A DNA stretch of 64,000 bases from an uncultured Sphingomonadaceae bacterium (GTDB lineage Bacteria > Pseudomonadota > Alphaproteobacteria > Sphingomonadales > Sphingomonadaceae): positions 34,721 to 98,720 of the forward strand of contig CAIQHF010000043.1 in NCBI GenBank assembly GCA_903871605.1, given 5' to 3'. Shown here piece by piece: positions 1 to 8,889 of the stretch. Every line of letters starts with the position of its first letter. Within the stretch, counting starts at the first letter, position 1. The notes beneath the pieces were generated by a model, which was not told where the DNA came from, made no database searches, and saw only the letters and a list, made by a program, of their open reading frames with translations. The position numbers and the translations under genes were made by a program.

Positions 1-1218
1 CGACAGGATGCTGACGCAGGACATGCCGTCCTCGACCCCGTAGAAGCCACCCGAATTTTCCGCGATTGCGATCCGCGCGCCGGCCACCTGACGGCCCGCG
101 GCATCGCCGCGCAATTGGGCGACCAGCTCGTGGATCTGGGCGAGCCCGGTCGCCCCGAGCGGATGGCCCTTGGAAACGAGCCCGCCCGACGGATTGACCG
201 GAACGCGCCCGCCGATCGAGAAATCGCCACGCTCGGCGCCGGGGCCGCCACCCCCCGCCGCGCACAGCCCGAGCGCCTCGATCTGGACGATCTCGCCCGA
301 GGAACTCGCGTCGTGGACCTCGCCGAGATCGACGTCGGCCGGACCGATGCCGGCCATTTCATAGGCCGCGGCCGCGACCCCACGGGTGACGTGGCGGGCA
401 TAGTCGTCGGGCGCACGCGCGCGTCCGCTCTTCGAGCTGCAGGCGCGCACGCGGATCGGTCGATCGATCGCCAGCCGCCCGATCGCCTCCGCCGAACAGA
501 CGATGGCGGCAGCCGATCCGTCGCTGATCGGCGCGCACATCGGCACGGTCAGCGGCCAGGCGACCAGCCGCGCCGCGATCACCTCGTCGGTCGTCATCGC
601 CTTGCGATATTGCGACAGCGGGTTGTGCACCGAATGCGTGTGGTTCTTCGCCGCGACCGCCGCGATCTGGCGCGCCGTCGTGCCGTAGGTCGCCATGTGG
701 AGACGCGCCTGTGCCGCATAGGCGTCCATCAGCGCGTTGACGCTGGGCGCATCGGCGCCCGGCGGAGCCGGCGCCAGCTTGCCCGCGGTCGCGGCGAGAT
801 AGCGCTGCGCCTCCAGAATATCGAGCGGCTGCTGGAACACCGCGAACTTGCGCGCGGGATCGTCCGAATAGAGTTTCTCGGTGCCGACGACGAGCACCAC
901 GTCGGCGAGACCGGCGCGGACATAATCGAACGCGAGGTGGAAACCCATCGTGGCGCTCGCGCACGCCGCCTCGACGTGGATCGCGCGAACCCCCTCGATG
1001 CCCAGCGGACGCAGCGCGAATTCGCCGGGGATCGACATCTCGCCAGCGACGAAGCCCTGCGTGACATTGGCGTAGATCGCCATGTCAACCACACCCGCCA
1101 CCACCCCGGCATCGGCGAGCGCCTCGCGCACCGACGATTGGGTCAGCTGGCTGTGCGTCTTGTCGAGATGCCGGCCGAACGGCGTCATGCCGACACCGGC
1201 CACGAACACGTCGCGCAT
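1..1218 (-). CDS. Thiolase-family protein (SCP2-type/non-canonical thiolase), 3' end truncated by window edge
   Basis: Not in the ORF track (no stop in window). Manual translation from ATG 1218: MRDVFVAGVGMTPFGRHLDKT...HVEAACASATMGF...ENSGGFYGVEDGMSCVSILS. Start overlaps the upstream stop (TGATG). Confidence 0.85.
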   Translation of the reverse strand, partial: MRDVFVAGVGMTPFGRHLDKTHSQLTQSSVREALADAGVVAGVVDMAIYANVTQGFVAGEMSIPGEFALRPLGIEGVRAIHVEAACASATMGFHLAFDYVRAGLADVVLVVGTEKLYSDDPARKFAVFQQPLDILEAQRYLAATAGKLAPAPPGADAPSVNALMDAYAAQARLHMATYGTTARQIAAVAAKNHTHSVHNPLSQYRKAMTTDEVIAARLVAWPLTVPMCAPISDGSAAAIVCSAEAIGRLAIDRPIRVRACSSKSGRARAPDDYARHVTRGVAAAAYEMAGIGPADVDLGEVHDASSSGEIVQIEALGLCAAGGGGPGAERGDFSIGGRVPVNPSGGLVSKGHPLGATGLAQIHELVAQLRGDAAGRQVAGARIAIAENSGGFYGVEDGMSCVSILS

Positions 1219-2765
1219 CAGATCGTCCTTTCCCGGCCTTGCCAGAAGGGTCGCCGCAGCTCGGCGCGCAACACCTTGCCGGCGTTGCTGCGTGGCAGCG
1301 AATCGATGAAGCTCAGGCTCTTGGGTGTCTTCACCGGCCCCAGCCGCTCGCGCGCAAAGGCGAGTATGGCCGCCGTGTCGGCCGCGACACCGGCGCGCAA
1401 CTCGATCACCGCGGTGACGCTCTCGCCCCATTTGTCGTCGGGCACCCCGAACACCGCGCAATCCTGCACCGCCGGATGCGCCTGCAGCGCCTGCTCGACC
1501 TCTGCGGGATAGACGTTGAAGCCGCCGGTGATGATCATGTCCTTCTTGCGGTCGACGATGTAGAAAAAGCCGTCCTCATCGCGCATCCCGATGTCGCCGG
1601 TATGGTGCCAGCCGAAGCGCGAGACCTCCGCGGTCGCGCGCGGATCCTTGTAATAGCCCGCCATCACCAGCGGCCCGCGAACGACGATCTCGCCGCGCTC
1701 GCCGGGCGGCAGGATGGTGCCGTCGTCGTCCATAACCTCGACGATCGACAGAAGGTTGGCACGACCGCAGCTGCCCGGCCGCGCGAGATCGCCCCGGGCA
1801 TCGAGATGCTCGTGCGGCGGCAGCGCGGTGACGCACATCGGGCTCTCGGTCTGGCCGAAGCTGGCGTTCATCACCGGGCCGAACACCTCGATCGCCTCGC
1901 GCAGACGATCGAGCGACATCGGCGCGCCCGCATAGGAGATATATTCGAGGCTCGAGAGATCGCGGCGCCGCACGTCGGGCTCGCCGAGCAGCATGTAGAT
2001 CGCGGTCGGCGGCAGGAACATGTAGGTGACGCGGTGGCGCTCGATCGCGTCGAGCACCGCGGCAGGTTCGAATCTGGGAAGCACGACGACGGTACCCCCG
2101 AGCGCCATGCTAGCCAGCGCGAGCGGGCCCGCCGCGTGCGTCATCGGCGCCGCGACGCAGTTCACCGGCGCCACCTTCATCGGCATCGACGCGACCAGGC
2201 TCGACACCAGCGATTGCCAGACCAGATTCGTCAGCATCACCCCCTTGGAGCGGCCGGTGGTGCCGCCGGTCGCTCCGAGGAAGGCCAACTCCTCGGGGCG
2301 GCCCTCGCGTCGCTGCGCTACCTCGCCGTCGTCGCCCAGCCAGTCCTCGAGAAAGGCGTCGGCCTCCGGAAACGGCCGGTCGAGCGCGATGTAGCGGCGG
2401 ATCGTCGGGCAGTCGGCGCGGAAGCGCGCGATGCGATCGGCGACCTCGGAGTGGACGAACAGCGTGTCGACGTCGAGCAGGTCGAGCAGATAGGCGTTCT
2501 CGTCCTCGCTCGCGCGATGATTGGCCATCACCCACACGCCGTCGGCGCGCAGCAATCCCAATATGCACTCGAACGCGCGCGGATCGTTGCCGCTCAGCAC
2601 CGCGGCGTGCGCCCCGGACGCGAAACCGTCGCGGATCAGCCCGTTGCCGATGCGGTTGCTGCGCGCGCGCACCGCGTCATAGGTCCGCACGCGCTCGTCG
2701 GTGACGAGACAGGGCGACGCATGCGCGATGCGGGCGCCGCGATCGAAATAGTCGATCATCCGCAC
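1218..2765 (-). CDS. AMP-dependent acyl-CoA synthetase / CoA ligase
   Basis: TGGTTGRSKG P-loop, FGQTE, TGDIG, DRKKDMIITGGFNVYPAEVE, C-terminal GKVLR Lys; 515 aa. Confidence 0.93.
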   Translation of the reverse strand: MRMIDYFDRGARIAHASPCLVTDERVRTYDAVRARSNRIGNGLIRDGFASGAHAAVLSGNDPRAFECILGLLRADGVWVMANHRASEDENAYLLDLLDVDTLFVHSEVADRIARFRADCPTIRRYIALDRPFPEADAFLEDWLGDDGEVAQRREGRPEELAFLGATGGTTGRSKGVMLTNLVWQSLVSSLVASMPMKVAPVNCVAAPMTHAAGPLALASMALGGTVVVLPRFEPAAVLDAIERHRVTYMFLPPTAIYMLLGEPDVRRRDLSSLEYISYAGAPMSLDRLREAIEVFGPVMNASFGQTESPMCVTALPPHEHLDARGDLARPGSCGRANLLSIVEVMDDDGTILPPGERGEIVVRGPLVMAGYYKDPRATAEVSRFGWHHTGDIGMRDEDGFFYIVDRKKDMIITGGFNVYPAEVEQALQAHPAVQDCAVFGVPDDKWGESVTAVIELRAGVAADTAAILAFARERLGPVKTPKSLSFIDSLPRSNAGKVLRAELRRPFWQGRERTI

Positions 2766-2775
2766 CGGCGTGCGC

Positions 2776-4233
2776 TCAGCGTCGCAGCGTTAGGTCGAGC
2801 GCCTCGGAGCGAAGCCGCACATAGGGCGTCTTGGCGACCGCCATCAGCTTGCGCGCCTGCTCGAGCTCGGGCGACGACAATGTCGGATAGTCGCGGCGCG
2901 GCGGGCCGGCGCGGCGCATCTTCTCGATGTCCGACGCAGGCACCAGCGCGCGCAGGATCAGCTCGTCGTCGTCCTCGCCGGTGCCGTGCTGGCGGCGCAG
3001 ATCGTCGATGCTCGGCTGTTCGGGCGGATGCTCGACGATGTCCTTCGCACGCGGCGCCGCCATGATGCGGTCCATCACCTGCCCGTCGATCGGCGCGGGG
3101 GGCTCGCCATAATAGCCCGCGGCATATTGGATCACCTCGTCGGGCACGATGCCCCAGCGCTTGCCGGTGACGATGTTGAGCACCGCGACCGTGCCGACCA
3201 GCTGCGCGAACGGCGTCGCCATGCCGGGATAGCCGAGCTCGCGGCGGACCGCCGCGACCTCCTCCAGCACCTCGGGCAGTTTCTCGAGCATGTTCTGCTG
3301 GATCAGCTGGTTGCGGAGCGTACCCATCATCCCGCCGGGCACCTGCGAGGTCAGCGCCGCGACGTCATATTCATAATGCTGGTTGACCAGATAGCCTGCC
3401 GTCCGGCCGACGCGCTCGAAATGATCGGAGACGGGCTTGAGCAGCGCGGTGTCGATCCCGTGGCTGTGCCCCAGCGCCTCCATATTCTTGACCATGATGT
3501 CGATCGACGGGATCGAGGGGCCATTGGACATCGAGCGCGATGCGGTGTGCAGCACGGTCACGCCGAACTCGACCGCGTCGCAATAGGCCTTGGCGGACTG
3601 GCCGAGCATGTTGTTCGAATGCATCTCGATCGGCTTGCCGCGCGCCTTGGCGACGATCGCGGGCACCAGCGTCTTGATCCGGTCGCGATCGAGCACGCCG
3701 CCGGTGTCGTAGAGGAGAAGGCTGTCGACCTCGGGCAGCGCGGAGAGCTTGTCCGCCTTGTCCGCCCAAAAGGCGTCGTCATGGACCGGCGACAGCGTGA
3801 ACAGCATCGTGCCCGCGACCTTGCAGTCGTGCTTCTTCGCCAGGCTGGCGAGCCGCTGCATCTTGCCGATGTTGAACAGGACGTCGTAGATCCACCAGGA
3901 TCGCACGCCGTGCGCGCACAGCCGCTCCATCCACAGGTCCATCAGCGCGTCGGGCGTGAAGCCGAACGTCACCGAGCCGTTGGAGCGAATGCCACCGCGC
4001 ACCGGGGTCCGGCCGATCTGGCTCATCACCAGGTCGAGCCCCGCCCAGGGATCCTCCTGACAGTGGCGGATCAGCACCTCGAACAGCGAGGAGCCGGCGA
4101 AGCTGATCGTGTCGTAGCCCGTACGGTCGATCGTCGAGGCGACGGGATAGGCCATCCCGGCCTGCATCCGCATCCCCCACAGGCTCTGCTGGCCGTCGCG
4201 CATGGTCTCGTCGAGGAACTGGATATGCGCCAT
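2776..4233 (-). CDS. Biotin-dependent carboxyltransferase subunit (PycB/OadA TIM-barrel family), divergent active site
   Basis: DETMRDGQQSL, QVPGGMMGTL and ATPFAQLVG motifs; lies next to BC and BCCP genes. Confidence 0.85.
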   Translation of the reverse strand: MAHIQFLDETMRDGQQSLWGMRMQAGMAYPVASTIDRTGYDTISFAGSSLFEVLIRHCQEDPWAGLDLVMSQIGRTPVRGGIRSNGSVTFGFTPDALMDLWMERLCAHGVRSWWIYDVLFNIGKMQRLASLAKKHDCKVAGTMLFTLSPVHDDAFWADKADKLSALPEVDSLLLYDTGGVLDRDRIKTLVPAIVAKARGKPIEMHSNNMLGQSAKAYCDAVEFGVTVLHTASRSMSNGPSIPSIDIMVKNMEALGHSHGIDTALLKPVSDHFERVGRTAGYLVNQHYEYDVAALTSQVPGGMMGTLRNQLIQQNMLEKLPEVLEEVAAVRRELGYPGMATPFAQLVGTVAVLNIVTGKRWGIVPDEVIQYAAGYYGEPPAPIDGQVMDRIMAAPRAKDIVEHPPEQPSIDDLRRQHGTGEDDDELILRALVPASDIEKMRRAGPPRRDYPTLSSPELEQARKLMAVAKTPYVRLRSEALDLTLRR

Positions 4234-4240
4234 CAGCGCG

Positions 4241-5608
4241 TCACTCCGCAGCTATTGCGAGGCTCGGGAGCAGGGTCTGCTCGAGCCAGCGCGTGTGAAT
4301 GGTGTTGGCGACGAAATCGGGATGGGCGACGATCTCGCGGTGGAGCGGGATCGTCGTCGGCACGCCCTCGATGCGGAAATCGGCAAGCGCCTTTTGCAAG
4401 CGCTCGATCGCCTGGGCGCGGGTATCGCCGGTGACGATCAGCTTGCCGATCATGCTGTCGTAATATGGCGGGATCGTCGCCCCTTCGCCCATATGGCTGT
4501 CGAGGCGGATGCCGTCGCCTTCGGGCGGCTGCCAGCGCGTGATGCGGCCCGGCGACGGACGGAAATCGAGCGCCGGATCCTCGGCATTGATCCGGCATTC
4601 GATCGCATGACCCGCGATCGCGATATCCGACTGGTCGAGGCCGAGCGCCTCGCCGCCGGCGATGCGCAGCTGCCACTGGACCAGATCCTGCCCGGTGACC
4701 ATCTCGCTCACCGGATGCTCGACCTGGATGCGCGCATTGACCTCGATGAAGTAGATCTCCTGCCGCTCGACATCGTAGAGGAATTCGGCGGTGCCTGCGT
4801 TGCGATAGGCGACGCTCTTGGCCAGCCCGACCGCGGCGGCATGGAGCTGTGCGCGCAGCGCATCGGGCATCGCCGCGCAGGGCGCCTCCTCGATCAGCTT
4901 CTGGTAGCGGCGCTGAACCGAGCAGTCGCGCTCGCCGAAATGCAGCACCTTGCCGCGCCCGTCGCCCATCAGCTGGACCTCGACGTGGCGCGCCTTGCCG
5001 ACGAAGCGCTCCATGAACAGCGTGCCGTCGTTGAACGCGGCGAGCGCCTCGGCCGACGCCTTCTGGAACCCCGCCTCGACCTCGTCGCCGTCGTGCGCGA
5101 TCACCATGCCGCGTCCGCCCCCGCCCGCTGACGCCTTGAGCAGCACCGGATAACCGATCCGATCCGCCTCGCGGCGCGCATCGGAGGCGCTGGCGATCTC
5201 GTTGGTGCCTGGTACGAGCGGCACGCCCGCCGCCGCCGCCATCTCGCGCGCGCGCAGCTTGTCGCCGAGCGCCTCGATCATGTCGCCCTCGGGGCCGACG
5301 AAGACGATGCCATGCGCATCGCACAGCCGCGGCAGGACGGCGCGTTCCGAGAGGAAGCCATAGCCGGGGTGCAGCGCATCGCACCCCGTCTCGCGTGCGG
5401 CATGCACCACGAGCCGCGCGTCGAGATAGGATCTGGCGGCGGGCCCCGGCCCGAGGACGACGGCCCGATCGGCGAGCCGGGCGGCCGCGCTGTCGGTGTC
5501 CGCCGCCGAGACGCCGATCACCGTCTCGATACCGAGCGCCTGCGCGGCACGAACGACGCGAAGCGCGATCTCGCCCCGGTTGGCGACGAAGAGGCGGCGA
5601 ATGGCCAT
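4241..5608 (-). CDS. Biotin carboxylase subunit (AccC-like)
   Basis: ANRGEIALRV, HPGYGFLSE, KASAGGGGRGM, RDCSVQRRYQKLIEEAP, EVNARIQVEHPVSE, YYDSMIGKLI. Confidence 0.95.
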   Translation of the reverse strand: MAIRRLFVANRGEIALRVVRAAQALGIETVIGVSAADTDSAAARLADRAVVLGPGPAARSYLDARLVVHAARETGCDALHPGYGFLSERAVLPRLCDAHGIVFVGPEGDMIEALGDKLRAREMAAAAGVPLVPGTNEIASASDARREADRIGYPVLLKASAGGGGRGMVIAHDGDEVEAGFQKASAEALAAFNDGTLFMERFVGKARHVEVQLMGDGRGKVLHFGERDCSVQRRYQKLIEEAPCAAMPDALRAQLHAAAVGLAKSVAYRNAGTAEFLYDVERQEIYFIEVNARIQVEHPVSEMVTGQDLVQWQLRIAGGEALGLDQSDIAIAGHAIECRINAEDPALDFRPSPGRITRWQPPEGDGIRLDSHMGEGATIPPYYDSMIGKLIVTGDTRAQAIERLQKALADFRIEGVPTTIPLHREIVAHPDFVANTIHTRWLEQTLLPSLAIAAE

Positions 5609-5612
5609 CCGA

Positions 5613-6122
5613 TCAGCCCTTCGGATCGATCGCGAACAGCGGCTGGCCCGCCTCGACCATCGCGCCGTCGGTCGCCAGCACCTTCGCGACCCTGCCCGCC
5701 ACGCCGGCCCGGACCGCGGTAAACAGCTTCATCACCTCGACGAGGCAGAGGTCGCTGTCCGCCGTCACCTGCGCACCGATCTCGACATAGACGGGGTCGC
5801 CGGGCTTTGGTGCGCGGTAGAAGGTGCCGAGATAAGGGGCGCGGACGATCTCGAGACCGTCGAGGTCGTCCGCGCCAGGTGCCACCGGGGGCGGTGTTGT
5901 GGTCGTCCCGGCGACGGGGGGCAGAGCAGCGGCGGGGGGCGGAGAAGCGGCGGCGCCGGCTCGCGCGGGTGTCGCGCTGTGCTGGATCGTCGGCGATGCG
6001 GTGCCGTCGGTCGACAGATGCAGCTCGAACCCATCGAAGCGGATATGGAGTTCGGCGCAGTGCGACGCATCGAACCGCGCGACCAGCGCCTCGACATCCT
6101 CCGGGCGGATCGGATCAGCCAT
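5613..6122 (-). CDS. Biotin carboxyl carrier protein (AccB-like)
   Basis: Ala/Pro linker, APYLGTFYRAP, biotinylation motif EVMKL. Confidence 0.92.
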   Translation of the reverse strand: MADPIRPEDVEALVARFDASHCAELHIRFDGFELHLSTDGTASPTIQHSATPARAGAAASPPPAAALPPVAGTTTTPPPVAPGADDLDGLEIVRAPYLGTFYRAPKPGDPVYVEIGAQVTADSDLCLVEVMKLFTAVRAGVAGRVAKVLATDGAMVEAGQPLFAIDPKG

Positions 6123-7716
6123 GACGCAGCGCCTCGATCTCGTCGCGCGTCAGCCCGGCGCCGCGATCCTTCAGCCGGCGCGACTGACGCTGCTCGATCC
6201 GATACAGCGCGTCGACGCGCGGATCGTCGGGATGCCAGCGTATCCAGCTGTCGGAAAGCTTCCGGTAGTCGGGCGTCATCGCCGCGGGGGTGAAAGCCTG
6301 CGCGCGTTGGTTATACTCAGCAAGCGTCAGCCGGCCCTGCGTGGTCGTATAGACGTCGCGCTTGTCCGGATGGTGCGTCGATCCCGCGAGCGGCCGGTCA
6401 GGCGCAGCGGCGCCGGGTTCGTCGACGACGCTCAGCGGAACGTGCGACAGATAGCGCGCGGGGCGGTTGCTGTGCTGCATCATGCTGTAGGGGGACAGCT
6501 GCTGGCTCGGCAGGTCGACCAGCCCGACGAGCTCGCCGAGAAAATCGCGGCCGAACTCGTCGTTGAACAGATGGCGGAAACGATCGGCACGGTGGTCGAT
6601 CGTCATCCAGTCGTCGACGTCATAGACGCCCGCGACATGCGCCAGATCCTTGGGCATCGAGAAATAGATCAGCGCCCCCGCATCCATCATCTGGTCGCGC
6701 GACCATCCCGACATCTGCTTCCACAGCGCCACCGTCGCGTGCTTGAACGTCTCGGTCAGTCGCTCGAAGGTGTCGGCAAGCTCCTCGGCCGATCCCATGC
6801 CGACCGGCTGATAGCCCTCCGAGAGCACGTCCGACGTGTAGAGGCCGACACCGACCAGCTTGTCGCCGGTGAGTTCGGGGCGCGACTCGAAGCTGCCCCA
6901 ATCGTCCATCAGATAGAAATGGCAGTCCTTCACCGCCATCGTCACGGTCAGATGGTTGTAGGGAATGTCGTCGGCGACCCCATCGAGCCAGGGATAGTCG
7001 CCGACCGCGAGATCGGTGAAATCACGGACAATCATCTCGCGGTCGTCAGCGATACGATAGGGGCCGCTGTTGTTGAGCGTCACCCGGCTCTCGCAGCTGA
7101 CCAGGAACCCATATTGCGAGACGGCGGCGAGGAAGGTCTGCGCCGCCCTGTGGAGCCGGTCGCCCGCCACGCAGTCATGAAGATCGGCGTGGAAGACCTG
7201 GACGCGCCGCTCGGGCAGCGACTGGACACGCTGGCCGAATTCGCGTGCGTTGAGATGGCCGTCCTCGCGCTGGTAGGCGAGCTTGTAGCGCCGCCAGAAG
7301 TCCATGACGGTGATCACGTCCTCGGCATGATCCTCGGGCCGCAGCAGGCCGAAGTTGATCAGCATCTCGCGGCCAAGCAGGAAGAAGGTCGGCAGGCCCC
7401 AGCTCGGCAGGCTGCCGAACTTGCCGCCCATCGTCCGCGCGCGATCCCCGATCTCCTCGGCGCTCATCACCGCCTCGATCTTCCGCAGCAAGGCGGGATA
7501 GCGGTAGAAGCTCGTCAGATAGGAGAGCAGCATATAGGCCGGGACAGGGAATAGCTTGGATTCCTGGACCGTGCGCGTGACGCACAGCCAATAGGTGTCG
7601 TCGCCGATCGTCTGGATCGCATTATTGGCCTCGAGCACCGCGGCATAGCTCGGGCGGGCCACCGCCGGCGCCTCGACGATCCGCGCACCTTCCTGAATTT
7701 CGGACACTGACCGCAC
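6115..7716 (-). CDS. Hypothetical protein (~533 aa), first gene of the carboxylase operon
   Basis: Long ORF with typical codon usage. GTG 7716 is preceded by AAGGAG (alternative starts 7758/7785). Its end overlaps the BCCP start by 8 nt. No family motif recognised. Confidence 0.8.
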   Translation of the reverse strand: MRSVSEIQEGARIVEAPAVARPSYAAVLEANNAIQTIGDDTYWLCVTRTVQESKLFPVPAYMLLSYLTSFYRYPALLRKIEAVMSAEEIGDRARTMGGKFGSLPSWGLPTFFLLGREMLINFGLLRPEDHAEDVITVMDFWRRYKLAYQREDGHLNAREFGQRVQSLPERRVQVFHADLHDCVAGDRLHRAAQTFLAAVSQYGFLVSCESRVTLNNSGPYRIADDREMIVRDFTDLAVGDYPWLDGVADDIPYNHLTVTMAVKDCHFYLMDDWGSFESRPELTGDKLVGVGLYTSDVLSEGYQPVGMGSAEELADTFERLTETFKHATVALWKQMSGWSRDQMMDAGALIYFSMPKDLAHVAGVYDVDDWMTIDHRADRFRHLFNDEFGRDFLGELVGLVDLPSQQLSPYSMMQHSNRPARYLSHVPLSVVDEPGAAAPDRPLAGSTHHPDKRDVYTTTQGRLTLAEYNQRAQAFTPAAMTPDYRKLSDSWIRWHPDDPRVDALYRIEQRQSRRLKDRGAGLTRDEIEALRHG

Positions 7717-7798
7717 GACCCTCTCCTTGTCCGGGTCTCGTGCCCGCTGGTCGATCATGTGCCGCCCGAGACGAACCTCTGTCAAGACCGTTGGGCGT

Positions 7799-7813
7799 AA
7801 TCGTCGGACGATT
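7799..7813. promoter_or_regulatory. Perfect palindrome AATCGTC-G-GACGATT, candidate GntR/FadR-type operator
   Basis: 7-bp arms with a 1-nt centre in the divergent intergenic region. Confidence 0.45.
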
Positions 7814-7966
7814 TTGTCACTTTGTGGACGATGGCGCCCTTCCTGTGCCGCCCGCCATGCTTCGCCGTCCGGTTGCGGCGTCCGGCGTGCGCGGAAAAGC
7901 CACCAGCGCTTCCCCGCACCCCTGTCAGGCTGCTACGCCGGTGCGACGCGATGGACGGGGGATGCG

Positions 7967-8881
7967 ATGATCAGATCTTGGGCAGGCCGGGGCATGGCGC
8001 TTGGTGTCCTCGCGCTGCAGACGGTCCCGGCGGGCGCGCAGCCCGCCACACCGCCCCTGCCCGCCACACCGACCTTGCCCGCCGCGCTGACCACCGACCC
8101 GCCGCGCGACCCGCTCCATCCTGCACGGCTGGCCCAGATCCGTTTCACCACGCACGGACTCGCCGTCCCCGCGCGTTTGTTCGTCGCGGCCGGAGCGGGC
8201 ACGCATCCGACCATCCTGCTTCTGCACGGCTTTCCCGGGACCGAGCTCAACCTCGATCTCGCGCGCGTCCTTCAGCGCGACGGCTGGAACGTGCTGGCGA
8301 TACATTATCGCGGCGTCTGGGGCGCGCCGGGGCAGTTCAGCCTGACGCATGTCGTCGAGGACGCGCAGTCCGCGCTTGCCTGGCTGCGTTCGCCCGCGGC
8401 AGCGCCTTATGGCATCGACGCCGGACGGATCGTCCTGCTCGGCCACAGCATGGGGGGCTTCGCGACCGTCATGCTGGGTGCCGACAAGGGGGTTGCCGGC
8501 TACGTCCTGATCTCGGCGGCCGACATGGTGGCCGATACGTTGAAGGCGGCGGCGGAACCCAGCGAACGGGCGAGCTACGCGGACGATGCGAGCTACACCA
8601 ACGCCAGCTTCGACAGCCTCGCCGCCGACGTGCGCGCGCATGCGCGGGCGTGGGACTGGACGACGCGCGCCGCGCTGATGGCGGGGCGTCCGGTACTGGT
8701 TCTGACCTCGGACGATGGCCTGGCGCCAAGCGACGATGCGGCCGCGGCGGCGGTGGCGCAGGCCGGCGGCCCGGCGCCGACGGTCGAGCATATGACCACC
8801 GACCACAGCTATAACGATCATCGTATCGCGCTCGCCGCGACGATCGTCCGCTGGCTCGACGCCCACTTTCCGAAACGCTGA
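7967..8881 (+). CDS. Exported alpha/beta hydrolase (Ser-type)
   Basis: Signal-peptide-like N-terminus (LGVLALQTVPAGAQ), HGFPG oxyanion motif, GHSMGG elbow, late His (DHSYNDH). Confidence 0.85.
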   Translation: MIRSWAGRGMALGVLALQTVPAGAQPATPPLPATPTLPAALTTDPPRDPLHPARLAQIRFTTHGLAVPARLFVAAGAGTHPTILLLHGFPGTELNLDLARVLQRDGWNVLAIHYRGVWGAPGQFSLTHVVEDAQSALAWLRSPAAAPYGIDAGRIVLLGHSMGGFATVMLGADKGVAGYVLISAADMVADTLKAAAEPSERASYADDASYTNASFDSLAADVRAHARAWDWTTRAALMAGRPVLVLTSDDGLAPSDDAAAAAVAQAGGPAPTVEHMTTDHSYNDHRIALAATIVRWLDAHFPKR

Positions 8882-8889
8882 CAGCCGGT

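Noticed and set aside
2776-6122. Housekeeping pyruvate carboxylase or acetyl-CoA carboxylase
   Set aside because: Carboxyltransferase ligands are altered, there is no accA/accD, and the context is accessory
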